The notes below the pieces were generated by a model. The model saw only the letters and a program-made list of their open reading frames with translations, made no database searches and had not been told where the DNA came from. From the NCBI GenBank assembly GCA_008632985.1, contig QPGO01000248.1:1-64000 (forward strand): 64,000 nucleotides of DNA. Reading direction: 5' to 3'. Both the position numbers and the translations under genes were made by a program. Source of the DNA: Psammoneis japonica. Its lineage: Eukaryota. This document shows positions 21,001 through 31,960 of this stretch, in pieces (position 1 is the first letter of the stretch; every line of letters starts with the position of its first letter).

Positions 21001-22433
21001 TCGGCACTGTCTGGCGCAGCAATCCCAAACTGGAATGGGGTGATGCCTTGGGTTGGCTCGTCTTGATTGTGACCAGCAAAATCGAGCTGTGCGAGCTTGG
21101 TGACAAGGCCAACCGTGACTGGCACGTCAAAGTGAACGGCCATCGCCTGGCGTTGCTCGTCAATTGCATTTTGGACGACTGCCAGGCGGCCTGTCTCAGG
21201 CGCTGCGGCAAGGGCAGCCCACACAGGCGGTGGTGCTGTCTCGTTGAGGGCATGGCACCAATTTGTGAGCTTGGTGACGCCAAAAGGTCCCCAGAACTCA
21301 TTGGGAACCTTGCCCCGGGCAGCTGCTTGTTGACGTGCGGTGGCGTCAAGTCGAAGTTGTCGTTGTTCCGTGGTGAGCTCTTCAATGGCCTGTGTGACCG
21401 GCTGGAAGTGCTGCGCGGTGGGTGGTGCATGACCCAGTCTTCCAGGGATGTCCCGCTCCACCTTGGCATCAAAAAATTGAATGAGGGCTTCGTCAGGGGG
21501 ACGTGTCATGACAGGCCAAGGTCGCGCCACAACAGATGCCACTTGGTTGTTGGCAGTGGCACAGCAGGCGACGCGCAAGAAGTCGAGCAGTGGTCGGATG
21601 GCAGCCACCTTGTTGGCTGCCGCAGCGGCGCCGTGCACATGCTGGCTGGCTTGTTTGGGATGCAAGGGCTGTGCCAACAAGAGCGGCACAAACTCAAATG
21701 GCACGTGCATTGCATGTCGTGTCCGCATGACCTCCGAGTTTGGTGCATCCTCAGCCAGATGCGGATGCAGGCCTTCCGCATTGTTGGCGACATGCTCCAG
21801 GAGTGCGGTGTGGGTCGGTGCCCCAGTTCCCTGCTGTGCCAAGTTGAATGAGTCGCCCCCGAATTCGACCAGGGTAAACTGTCCACGGGTTGGGTCACCC
21901 GCCATTGCGCATGTCTCACCGTCCCAAGGTTCGGCAGGTCCGACCACGGTCGTCGGACAAGTGGTGACGCGGTGCAGGACTTGGATCTGTCCTTTGTCCG
22001 CTGCGCCGTCCTCTCGGCAGTGTGTGATGACTGCCATCGGCTGATCGTGACTTGACGCCGCTGCAACTCGCCCATGGAGCACGCCGGGGTTGCATCTCGA
22101 AGGTCCCTGAACCGGAACCGCGAAGTCTGGCATCGACTCGTCGTGTGCCCCCCAGTGTGGGTTGTCAGCGGCTGTGAGGCAAAAATCCCGACACATCGCA
22201 ATGACCGGTGGCGCCGCCGGCGCGGCTTGTGCACCCGGTGGCGGTGGCGGCACGACGGCTCCTGCTGCTTGCGGTGCCAACGGAGGCACCGGGACTTGTG
22301 GAGGAGGAGGTGGCGGAGCGTGTTGGGCTGCCGTGATGGCTGCTGCAGCTCCTCTTTGCGGTGGAGCAGGGTCGTTGGCATTCTGGGCGTTCTGGGCCCC
22401 TTGTCCTGCGTTTTGCTGCTGTTGCGCGTCCAC
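17640..22433 (-). CDS. Gag + reverse transcriptase + RNase H reading frame of copy 2 (mutated, now continuous)
   Basis: Pro/Gln-rich N-terminus, Cys/His knuckle CFPCHYKGQCNTNCGSSCDH, RT motifs RLPMGWANSPPLFC and IYVDDF, RNase H motifs. Probable start is GTG at 22433, inferred from tATG. Confidence 0.85.
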   Translation of the reverse strand: MDAQQQQNAGQGAQNAQNANDPAPPQRGAAAAITAAQHAPPPPPPQVPVPPLAPQAAGAVVPPPPPGAQAAPAAPPVIAMCRDFCLTAADNPHWGAHDESMPDFAVPVQGPSRCNPGVLHGRVAAASSHDQPMAVITHCREDGAADKGQIQVLHRVTTCPTTVVGPAEPWDGETCAMAGDPTRGQFTLVEFGGDSFNLAQQGTGAPTHTALLEHVANNAEGLHPHLAEDAPNSEVMRTRHAMHVPFEFVPLLLAQPLHPKQASQHVHGAAAAANKVAAIRPLLDFLRVACCATANNQVASVVARPWPVMTRPPDEALIQFFDAKVERDIPGRLGHAPPTAQHFQPVTQAIEELTTEQRQLRLDATARQQAAARGKVPNEFWGPFGVTKLTNWCHALNETAPPPVWAALAAAPETGRLAVVQNAIDEQRQAMAVHFDVPVTVGLVTKLAQLDFAGHNQDEPTQGITPFQFGIAAPDSAEQIACRKAMCMHIHGGAAAPSLQDTQILEAPDKALVATTMQAAQQSCDRHRLVLSASLGANHPVVQWLTRQRQDMDRHANELAAQAAWCPTLPVDFQHCAQIEVRHWFKAQEASLHPLPFSPLNVVFEAAKGIMCWRPHLPASMQAASPSSALGAAPAPATQHQPANTPPISQAAGSNSAVHNPSYDNRFATLRDRPNVRSRDVKNRCARNNIELPKDAQGRPRCFPCHYKGQCNTNCGSSCDHRNDHTDAEQATLLTWGEENWKTEQVFGNGPSSGTWSQEPSSAMVDAPSRPQPLTVENFKRQCTRPTARGQDVAAAIYNDKLGEHMRTDAALLRRRGLSHLSRHRSGRGDWGPLHRVKQHPAHRLLSTCKHRGAPITAADAPWTHAEPDASISRGPHKSAYEHIEFLRQDMADMVEKGFWVVIPYEEVCHTPGLRPSPIGVVPQHGRRPRPIVDCACCGLNPSTQPNAAMEAMQFGCAFDRLLCRVPLADPRKGTVYLMKIDLADGHCRTQVAPEQAPTLGAVFPNQPGEPPLVAIPTRLPMGWANSPPLFCTATETVADIANLDLVRNVQAPPHPLESLLESRPPKHQPPQVAAASQAVPIPDAPNPHLRPRRRRRLQHIDIYVDDFLRAAQGSKQARRNVHRVMLHVLDDIFRPLDAHDPATRKEPVSIKKLCQGDATWSTQKEVLGWLIDARAVTIRLTPRRRARLHTTLHQDFPRTRKRAAVSDCQKLLGELRSLSIAVPGSRGLFSALQENLRHTTPDSRVRISANAHCTLDDFRDLESTLDARPVCIQELVPLKPTLTGCHDAAGHGAGGVLLPTSTTAPRAATLRFGNCRRCQQRDAGPAVWRLPFPKSVSSQLSTFSNPRGLITNTDLELAGSVIQSFGAANCFDIRERTSLSRTDNSGTMHWQRKGATTAVKPASRLLQCQSYHQRCHRCLGLHDHLPGCLNTAADDASRLQSLSNREFLCHFNLCYPQKLSWRLWMPPPELSSYVISMLLNTQSSMASPLPEPPPPTPIGTNGESSAPLWPSTHSSKMLTTLLSSSKSSCTDTAQESSRRWAIPSVEEPLKMPHVRLAKRSLQWGPRIHATHPKAQWISALPGKSVFTRSRIHPQTA

Positions 22434-22507
22434 AATGGACTCGCCAAAGGTTCTTCCTGCGAACAACAGGGAGCTGTGGCGGAGGCATCCTGCGCCGCGT
22501 CGATGGC

Positions 22508-22702
22508 GTTAAAAACTGTCTAGCGGCTTCTTGCTCTTTGTTGCTCTTCGGAAGAATGAGTGAAGCAAACGAGAGAAGAGCAGAAAAAACCGTTATTTGC
22601 TCGCCAAGTTCGCGCAAGCACGTTCAAATTTGAATTCAAACGGTTTGTATGACCCAACGGTCAAATGCGGGTCATTTGCCTCGTCGCACTACACAAGGTG
22701 GG
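22508..22702 (-). repeat. 5' terminal A1 repeat of element copy 2
   Basis: Direct repeat of 16493-16687. Contains the inverted repeats ATGACCC...GGGTCAT and CAAATG-CGGGT-CATTTG. Confidence 0.95.
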
Positions 22703-22830
22703 TGGAGGAGCACGGCGCATGTGCGGCGATCATGGACACGAGCTATTTGGCAGCTAAAAAAGTGTGTAGGTGATGACCGCCTCATTTATTTTTTGAGGCG
22801 AGCCAATGGAACATTAACAGTGCTCTTCTG

Positions 22831-24162
22831 ATGCTCCGTTCCGCTCAAACCTGTGTCATTGCGAGCATCTGGGCGGCGTCTCGAGCCATGTCTACAAGTA
22901 GCAGCCGCACTCAGAGGGCCGCAATCGCTCAACTGACATCGACCTCGGACAAGTTGAAAAATCTTTTTAATGTGGCTCGTTGTGCTGGAATGGCTCAGAA
23001 AGAGGGTGCATGCATGCTTTTTCTCCCCGAATGTTTTGGTTTCATGGGAACATCATCGAAACAAACTCTCGAACAAGCAGAGCCGCCTTTGGCGCAAGAG
23101 GGAAGGCGCAACGAAAAAGCTGTTTCAGATATGCTCCGGGCGGCAGTCCGAAGTGCACACGGTGATGATCCCGGTGACTCTGATGAGGCGTCGAAAATCC
23201 CAGAAACGCACGACGAGGACGGCCCTAACACTGTTTTGCTATTGGACGGTTTGAAAACAATTGCTAGCGAGAGTGGACTGTGGATATCGGGAGGCGGCAT
23301 GCATGTTTCTGGAGCAAAACCACGGGAGGACGACGAAACGCAAACACCACGAGTTTACAACACGCATGTTGTCCTTGATTGCGATGGAAATGTCAAATGT
23401 TATTACAGAAAAATCCATCTGTTTGATGTTTCAATTCCCAACAAGGTGAATCTTCGCGAGAGCGCAACAACCGCACCCGGTACTGAGCTAGTCGTTTGTG
23501 ACTCCCCAATAGGTACGTATGAATAGGTTGAAATCAACTAAGAGTCCTCACCACTCTTTCGAGACGTGATTTTGTGAATGAGCAATTCGTACAGTATCAC
23601 GTATTCTCAAAAGTCCTCGGGTCCACATCTCGCGTTACAGGTCGTCTAGGTTTGTCTACCTGCTATGATGTTCGATTTCCAGAAATGTACACGGACTTGG
23701 TTCGCAAAGGCAACGCAGAGATATTGCTCGTCCCATCAGCGTTCACTGTCCCGACAGGAAGTGCACACTGGCACACGCTTTTGAAAGGTATGTATCTATG
23801 GATTTTCAAATCTGATCGTTACGTTATCTAGAGATATCTCTAATTTACTTGCTTTCGCTCTCGTTGGATTGAAAGCGCGAGCAATCGAATCGCAGTGCTA
23901 CGTCCTTGCCGCCGCTCAATACGGACAGCACAATGAAAAACGCGAGAGCTACGGACATTCACTAGCAGTCGACCCTTGGGGTGAAATAGTAGCCGATGCT
24001 GGTGGTTGTGATGGTCAAGGAACGTCAGGATCAACTGGAGAGATCACAACGCCATCCATTGTTACGTGTGACATTGAATTGGATCGGATAAACTCCATCA
24101 AGGAACGAATGCCAATTCAGCGACATCGCGACAATAGCACGTACTCCTTTCCTGATATTTAG
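22831..24162 (+). CDS. NIT1: Nitrilase-family Nit1-like deaminated glutathione amidase; introns 23513-23640 and 23788-23875
   Basis: E-K-C triad in LPECF, YRKIHLFDV and TCYDVRFPE; SAFTVPTGSAHW, RAIESQCYVLAAAQYG and SYGHSLAVDPWG. GT-AG introns join the frames. Confidence 0.9.
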
Positions 24163-24512
24163 GTTTGACTGTTGCAAGTTTGCGCCCACCGCCATCAGTC
24201 CATTATTTGGACATGGAACTTGCTAATGTATGTTTGTGACAACATCACAGCACGCCGTGCGACAGAGATCAGAGATGGAAGATACAATCATTACTGTTCG
24301 GCAATAGACCAGTGTACTTGTGTGCTTATCGGTAGCAGCTACAGTAGCTTCTGATTGGCTGAGAGAAAACGAAAATTTCAGACTCGCAGTCAGACTACGT
24401 GTGGTGAAGATCCAGATTTTCGAGGAAACCTTTGTTCTTGCACTCTCAAACATTCTTGTGTCGGAATAATTGAAGGTCTTCTGAAAGATACCTCACCATC
24501 GCCAATGATAGA

Positions 24513-25103
24513 GTGAAGTTTCTTCTCGCTCTTCTTACATACGTTTTTTTCTGCTGTTTCCTGTGGTTACCATGAGCAGTCTTCCCCGAGGACCAACGAT
24601 GTGTCCCTGAACGCAGAGATGTCAAAGTCCATTCCTTTCTTGGTCCGTCCGGAATAGCTTGATGGATCCATGCCCGGAGATATGGGATTTGACCTGTGGT
24701 CAGACTGATCTCGAGTACGCTCGTTGGGCCGAGCTCAACGCATGGACGTATTTCCATGCTTGCAATTGTCGGAAGGCTAGTTCAAGAGGCCGGTGTACAC
24801 TTCCCAGTGGATCAGTTCACCAACACTGACCCCTTTGGAAGCTCAGTTGGCTTTGCAGGCAACATGCAGGTCTTTGCTTTCTCATCGCATGCACTGAGCT
24901 CGTCAACCTTCAACAAGCACTGCGGCGAGGGTGCCCCCGGTGACATCGGCTGGGCTTTCCCAGGCCTCCTGGACAAAAAAATGTCTGATGCTGAGAAAGC
25001 CAAGCGCATGGAACAAGAAATTGTTCACTGCCGCCGCCTTGCAATGATTGCAATTACAGGTGCCGTAATGCATCTCTTTTACCACGAACCACTCCTTGGT
25101 TAA
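24513..25103 (+). pseudogene. Light-harvesting complex (LHCR/FCP-type) pseudogene
   Basis: MSKSIPFLVRPE*LDGSMPGDMGFD, DLEYARWAEL/(frameshift)HGRISMLAIVG, and EIVHCRRLAMIAITG. Has an in-frame stop, frameshifts and apparent deletions. Confidence 0.85.
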
Positions 25104-25449
25104 AGCAAATGGACCCTTGAAATGCAATTTCTCTCTTGTGCCGTTTGAAATTGATGCTGCAGAGAAAAAAGATTCTTGCTTCATCCGTTCTAACGTTTGG
25201 CGATGGAGCTAGCTTGTGGCGTTTTAAGTGGCAAACCTAACTGCCAACCTTGCTGCTCGCAATGGCCCATGGGTCTTGCTTCAGTTCACTTGTGTTGAAC
25301 AGCATGAGAAGAGTCAAAGCGAAGCGTGTCACAACGAGAGCCATAGAGAAAGAAGATGCTGCCATCATTGTCGAGACAGCAATGTAAAAAACATCCTATA
25401 ACGCCACGATTTTAGATGCTGTCAGCTTCCTTTCCTCCACCCTCCACAT

Positions 25450-28400
25450 AACCCATCAACACACATGCGATTAACATCCGTGCTATCACTCACATCCAAT
25501 TTGCACACCACTCACATCCAGCAGGCATGTTGCTTCCTTTTGTCCCAGTCACTTTCATACAGTTGTTCTGCCCCATTGCTCACAAGTGGCCTGGTCATGA
25601 GTGAACGCTCACAGTTGCAGCTTCATTCTGTTAAATTCCCCTCAGGAACACAGAGTAGAGCACTGGCTTCCCCACAGCAGGAGCTGAGCAAAACTCTTCT
25701 TGCATGCTGTGCAGACAGTCCAGTTGCAGTTGCAAACTTCAGACACAACCTTGGGAACCTGTGTGTAAAAGGAATGGTTGGCTGTGTTCCATGGCACAGA
25801 TCAAGACACTGCTGTCTGGATGCAAAACAATGCAAGACACACCAAAACACCAAAATCCCAATTGTGTGCCTGACACCAACTCCACTTTCTTGACATCAAC
25901 TGACAGAAGATCAGAACTCAAGAGGCATGTTTTCAATGAGCCTGAAGCCATTGACAACAAAGGCAACAAAGAAAGTCTCAAGCCCCACCTTGCAACTCTG
26001 TGTCAAGCTTCTCCCCCATTGACTTTGAAAGTTGAAAGACACGTGCTGCACGGGGCACCACAACACAGAGAAATCCACACATTTGGGCTTCTTTTGCATT
26101 GGGCTTTCAACCATCACAACATTGCACACAAGCAAAGTCACTTTCATGCCAATCTTAAGTTGGTTGAGTTCAAGAAGGACAGACTGGGCTGTGTGGACAC
26201 CCGCTCTTGCACAGCCCACAATTCACAGAAGTTTTGTGCACAGCTGCGCATGCAAGGACAAGGGCTGTTTTCATGAGAAGAAGTTTTTCATGCAGTCAAT
26301 CCAGCCTGAACATGTCTGTGGCACACCAAGCTCTTGAATGCCATGGTGATGCAAAGGTTCTTGCACTGACCACAGCCAACCTGACAAATGATGGGCAATG
26401 CACAGACACAGCACTGCTGCAGGAAATGGAAGAAGTGACATTGTGAACAACCACAGACAAGTTGTCAAGGTGGCAAAATTGTGCCCCAACCTTGACAAGC
26501 ACTGACATGAGATCAAGTGAAGCAGGGGGGGGGGGGCAATGATGATGTGCGCTGCACAACAAAGGCACCAGCAGCAGTGGGTCCTTGATGTGCTGAGAGT
26601 GTGGGGGCTGTTCGTCTGCAGGGACCCAAAGCAGGCCTGCTGTGATCTCTCATGTGCCATCACACCCTGTCATTGCTGCCAGCATTTCTTGCACAATTGC
26701 CAAGTGGTGCACAAAGCAAGAAATGGCAAGAAAAACCAGGTTTGCTGGGTTGAAAGCATGGCATCAAGGGCACCAGCAACTCAAGTGGCCCTGCAGCTGA
26801 CAAGGAGTGCACACCCAAAGAGTTTGGAAAAGACTCGCTCCTTGACAAGAGCAACAAATGTTTGGGAGATGACACTTCCACATTTTTGCATCTGTCCACA
26901 AGCAATGCTGACTCAAAAGGAGGCAGCGCTCACAATGAAAATGAGTTAAAAAAAAAAACAATTGGTTTCAAGGCCATGGGGGTCAGTCAGAGAAGCTCTC
27001 ATGTGCTGCTCACACTGGTGGCAAGAACTTTTTTTGCCAAGTTGATGCACAATGAGAAAAAAAAGACAAGAGCTTTGATGGCATTGGTGGTCTTGAAAGC
27101 ACCTGGATGTTGCCACCGTGTGTTTCTGACATCAGCTGCAGTGCTTGAGAAAGCTTTTACAAGGCAATTTCATGGGACCAACAAAACAAAAGACTGGGTT
27201 CCAGGAATGGAAAAGAATGTTCTGAACATTTTCCTCATCGCTGTGGCAATCACTCAGATTGTGCTGACCCAGAGGAGCGCTGTGGCTTGTTTGTGCACCC
27301 AAAGAGAAGGAAAAAAGGGGCTGCATTGGATGCAGAGTCAAGCAAAGATGAGACTGGCTCGCTGCTGGAGGAGAGGCTTGTTGCAAGGGATGTGCTGTCA
27401 TTTTGACTGTGACCTTGTGCTTGACCAGCAAAGACTCATCAGCATCGTGCATGAAAAGAGCAACACCAAGATGCAATGAGAAAAGCACCAGGGGGGCTTT
27501 CAAAAGGCTTGTTGACAAATCAAGTTGAGTCATCATGAAGCAATGTGACAAACTGCTTGCAGGAAAAAATCAGCTGAACCAGAATTGTTCAAAGCTGTGG
27601 GAAATTGGAGTTGGGTCAGTGCTGTGCTTTCAAAAAATCCAACCCAACAGCTGAGTGCATTGGAGCCCTTTGATTGAAACTGGGTGTTTACAAGAATGTG
27701 GAATTCAGACAACATTTTGGGAGCAACATGACCACAAGTGATGGGGAAGCACAGAGCACACAGGCAGTCAGAAACATGCAGAGAAAAAAAGTGGCACCAA
27801 AAAGAAGTGAAAAAGAGCACAGGAAGGAAGCCAACAGAGCAGCACAAGCAAGCATGAACCTGAGAAAGTCACACCATGTGATGATGCTCATGATGTGGTT
27901 TGTGTGAAACCAGCTTGACCACACCAAGTCAGCTTCAAGGTGGGTCATGCAACAAGTGAGTGCAGTTTGCCAAGGAAACAAAAACACAAAATGAGTGTGC
28001 ATGGTGTTGGACTCTGTGTGTTTTGACAAAGACAGTTGGCTTGAATTTTGGGTGCTTTGCTTGCAAATTAATTCTCAGTTTTGCACCATTGACAGCAATG
28101 CTGCAACACACAACATTGTGCTGTTGGCACCTGGCATTGTCTTGGGGGGCTGCAGCATTTTTGCCATTGGCAATGCTGCAACACACAACATTGTGCTGTT
28201 GGCACCTGGCATTGTCTTGGGGGGCTGCAGCATTTTTGCCATTGGCTCTCCCCACATGCCTGCAAGTTGATGTGTGGGGATTGCTCCACCATTTGAAGCA
28301 ATGCTGCAGCAGCATTGGTTTCTGGTTGTCTTGGAACCAAGTCACTTTTGTCATTCTTGGTGCCCCACATTTCCTTGCCAGTGGTCAGTTCCCAGCATCT

Positions 28401-29740
28401 TGGAGCTGCGGCAGCATTGTTGTCAGCAGCACCCCACATTCTCTTGGAACTTGGCACATGGTTTGTCTTGCAGACTGGGCCACAAAATGCAAGCACCATG
28501 AGACAAACAAGACATCCAGGCAACTCCTTTCTGTTGTCAGCCCCCTTTGCAAAGCATGGGTTCATTTCAAACAAACCATTGGTGCAAGAGGCTGTGGTGC
28601 TTGATTTGGTTGTTCATCTTGCTCACTTCTTCATTTGCAAAATTGCAATGCTCTCTGCAAAGGATTCTAGAAATTCAGCCAACTGCACTCTGATGTCATG
28701 CTGCTTGGTTGCACAAAAATGGAGTTGTTGACAGTGTTTCAAACAGAAGCCTGTTGTCTTGATGGCACAAAATGTTGCTGGTGCTCTCCCCTCAAGCAGC
28801 TTCCAGACATTGGTGCGTTTCTGGAAACAAACAACAGCACAATGATGCAATGTGGTCACTGGGTTAGAAAGGGCACAAATTGTGCTGGTGTCCAGCAGCT
28901 CTGCCATCAAGTGGTTTTTGCAGAAGGGCAGTCGTGCTGCAGCTGCAGTCAACAGCACATGAGCTCTGGCGGGCTGCAAATGTCGAGAAGAGGGCGGCAT
29001 GCAGGCTCTCACACTTCACAATTGCAACCCCATTGGATCTTTGCAGGCCATTTGGTGCAAAGTTTTTCAGCCTTCTGGCTGGTTGTCAGCTGAGTGGCAG
29101 TTTGACAGGGTGCGCAGTGAGCTCACAGGCATGCCAACACACACACACATGATGATGATCCATCCCACAGGAGCAGCAGACAAGCCCTCGCACCACAAGA
29201 ACAGGATCTGGCTGCAAAGTTGTTGTTTGCTGGAAGCTCTCCACAGGGCACACCAGTTGGCAACTGAAAAAAAAACCATTTGACCACAACAGCGCTGACC
29301 GCATGTGTTTGGAGAAGGATCCCAAGACGTGGCTGGTGGCGAGTCTGAGTCGTCTGTTGGAAACTTCTCTCCTTGCACCAAGCACCAGACATCCAAAAAT
29401 TGACATCAATTTTGGCCTTGTGTGGGAATGCAGAGAAAGCCTGGCTCTCCTTGGCTTGGGCCTTTTGTTGGCTTGCACTCTGCTTTTCATCTTGGGTCTT
29501 GACCTTCTCATGGCATTTCCTTGGGCAGCAGGAGCTCACAAGGAAGTGCTGTGCCACCACGCCAGTGTCACAAGCAATGTTTTGTGCGCCTGTCGTTCTC
29601 GAAAATGCACTGGCGTGGCCGTGAAGCTGTGCACAAGAAATGATGCGAGGAGAATTGATGGCCTGCCAATCTCCGTTGCATTCGCTTACGACGCCATTGT
29701 GCTCGTGCTTCAAGTGCGGCGAAAAAAAAAAATCTGAGGC
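25450..29740. repeat. Old degenerate repeat/TE block depleted in TpA and CpG
   Basis: Same TG/CA-saturated composition. CpG reappears in the last few hundred bp before the AlkB gene. Confidence 0.75.
28095..28246. repeat. Perfect 75-bp tandem duplication
   Basis: GCAATGCTGCAACACACAACATTG...TTTTGCCATTG starts at 28095 and again at 28170. Confidence 0.9.
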
Positions 29741-29851
29741 GAAATCACGCACGACCGACGACGCACGACGCACAATAAAATCGGCGCTCTGACTCCCAAC
29801 TGATGTAGAGAAGAGCAGAGATAACAGATAAAACAGCGGAAGGAAATTCGA

Positions 29852-30463
29852 ATGCCGCCACCGTTTCAACCAGTGGAATTGACGCCTCTAACAGTGTCAT
29901 CACCAGAAGGGTTTCAGCTTACGCACGATGCGGTATCAGAAGCTGTGTGGGAAAAACTTGCTTGCTGGTTGAGAAGTGATCGACCAGGGGAAGAATCGAG
30001 TGAAATTCCGTGGGAGATCGGAACAGAAAATCGTAGGGTGGCTCAATTTGGATTCAGATACGATTATCAGAATTCAGTCGTCGATACCGAATCCCCAGCA
30101 CCGCCAATTCCTCCAATTCTGAAAACGCTGTTGCTTGATCCAATCCACTCATTCGACATTCAATATGACCAATGCATTATCAACGATTACCACGAAGCAG
30201 ACACATTTATTCCATGGCACCGAGATCACGAAGACTTTGGACCAGTCATTCTAGTGTATACCTTTGGTGACGACCGGCCGCTGAACTTGCGGTGCGCTCC
30301 ATCGAATGATGAAAACTTTGTATACCATACCGCGTACCCTCGCCACCGATCGAGATACGTTTTGTCGGGTGAAGCAAGGGAGGATTGGGAACACAGCGTG
30401 CCAGCGGGAAGAGGGAGGCGTATTTCGTTCACGTTCCGAACGCTTCGATTAAAAGATGAATAA
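29852..30463 (+). CDS. AlkB-family Fe(II)/2-oxoglutarate dioxygenase
   Basis: RRVAQFGFRYDY, DQCIINDY, HxD (WHRD), distal His (WEHSV) and RRISFTFR. Confidence 0.88.
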   Translation: MPPPFQPVELTPLTVSSPEGFQLTHDAVSEAVWEKLACWLRSDRPGEESSEIPWEIGTENRRVAQFGFRYDYQNSVVDTESPAPPIPPILKTLLLDPIHSFDIQYDQCIINDYHEADTFIPWHRDHEDFGPVILVYTFGDDRPLNLRCAPSNDENFVYHTAYPRHRSRYVLSGEAREDWEHSVPAGRGRRISFTFRTLRLKDE

Positions 30464-30799
30464 AAAAAACAATCGTTTCCTTTTTTCTTCTTGTTCTTTC
30501 TCTTCTTGCTCCCATGCAAGCCATTGTCTTTCATTTCGGCTTCAATACGGCGAGCACGGTTAATTCACGGGAAGAATTCTACTGTACAAGATGAGCGGTG
30601 TCTCTGATGCCGTGATTCACTATGTACTGTATGGTGAGGAAGTCAACAGAAGCTACCCAGTCGGTCGTGACCAAATCACCGAATCATAGAATTCGCCAAC
30701 AATTTACTCCTAGAACAGAAAAAAGGCAAATGCATAAAGCAATCCTACTCAAATGCAACCATTCTTTCTTCTAGACTGACTCCTCTAGAGCTGACTTTG

Positions 30800-31960
30800 C
30801 AATGAGTGCGAGGCATGTCAGGTGGAGTCTCACTGGTTCTTGAATCTTGACAGGCAATCTGCAATGGACTCATTTTCTTGTTGCCTCACCTGGAGTGTGT
30901 TTTTCAGGGACTTTGTCAATGCGTCGAACAGATGTCCACCTCAAATTTGTTTCAATGTCTTGGTTGGATCATCCCTGATGCTGTCACAGCTTGGGTTGCC
31001 CAGGACCCTGCTCCTCATGTGGTTCATGCGGGCAGTGGTCATCCACAATCACAGCAAAGAATGCCTTTTGATTTGTTCTCACTGAACTGCTTTTGTGTTC
31101 AGTTTTGCATGGCAATCCTTGTGTTTGGTGTGGCACTTGTGCTCCAACTGCTTGTCCTTGCACTCCTTGGTTTTCATGTCAGCATTGCATGTGGTTGACC
31201 CTTGTGTGGGTGTGGTTGCTTGTGCATCAGTCTCAGTGCAGGCTTCTTGTCCTTTGAGTCAAGGTGCTCCATGTTCTCCAGGGAATCACTTTTCAGGGTT
31301 GAAGGATGAAACTTCATCTCATTTGGAAAAACTTCTTGTTCTTGGTGTGGCTTTCATTGCCTCTTCTGCCGTGACCCCTGTGCTGGCAACAGTCTTTCAC
31401 TTGTTGCCTTCTGCATCCTCTGAAACTCACAGTGCAGGTGTTGATGATCTTGTGATCTTCTGACGAGCTGGCATGCACTCTCAACAAGTGCGTGTGACTG
31501 TTTGGAGCAAGCGACAAACTGGCAAGTCAATGTTGCCAAAAGGGAGTCCTGCTGGGCTTCCTGTGCTCATTGCACTTGCCCTGGTTGCTGTGTTGGTTTT
31601 TGTTTGTGCCCTGCCGTCGAACATCGAACACGCGCCAAACAGATGCTGGTGCGCTTGTTGTTCCCAACAAACTGGATGATTTGCTCCAAAGAGTGAACAT
31701 AAAAAGTTGGTGAGACATTGATTGATGACAGAGAAGACCCTCCAAAGTGCCACGTCAGGGCTCAAAAGACACAGCTTCATTTCTGGGTCACATGTGGTGC
31801 ACCTTGAGCTGGGTGCTCCAACATTTGCGTGCATGGGTGGCTTTGCATGAGTGGCCACAACAAGACAAGCTTCCATTTTCCTTTGTTTTTGTTGCAAATT
31901 CTTTGTGATGCTCGACATGTTGATAAAATGACAGCACTGAAAATGGTTTGCTTCACTCAG
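30800..31960. repeat. Degenerate repeat block depleted in TpA (and largely CpG)
   Basis: Abrupt composition switch between two genes; spurious ORFs in all frames. Confidence 0.7.

Larger units (their letters stand above)
16331..22702 (-). mobile_element. Full-length tyrosine-recombinase retrotransposon (Ngaro/PAT-like split direct repeats), copy 2
   Basis: On the minus strand: A1 (22508-22702), gag-RT-RNaseH, overlapping YR, B1 (16687-16826), A2 (16493-16687), short spacer, B2 (16331-16470). Confidence 0.93.

Noticed and set aside
17640..22466. 1608-aa ORF as an intact natural Gag-Pol polyprotein of an active element
   Set aside because: Many Tyr>Cys/His changes, a dead YR, and continuity that is probably due to erasure of an amber stop.
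4625..22500. Alternative genetic code or codon reassignment as the cause of missing Tyr and stop codons
   Set aside because: TA loss ignores codon position and affects non-coding repeats, while neighbouring genes use TAY, TAA and TAG normally.
16331..22702. ADAR-type RNA editing of the retroelement transcript
   Set aside because: A>G and T>C both occur on the same strand, and the two A repeats of one insertion differ, pointing to post-insertion DNA change.
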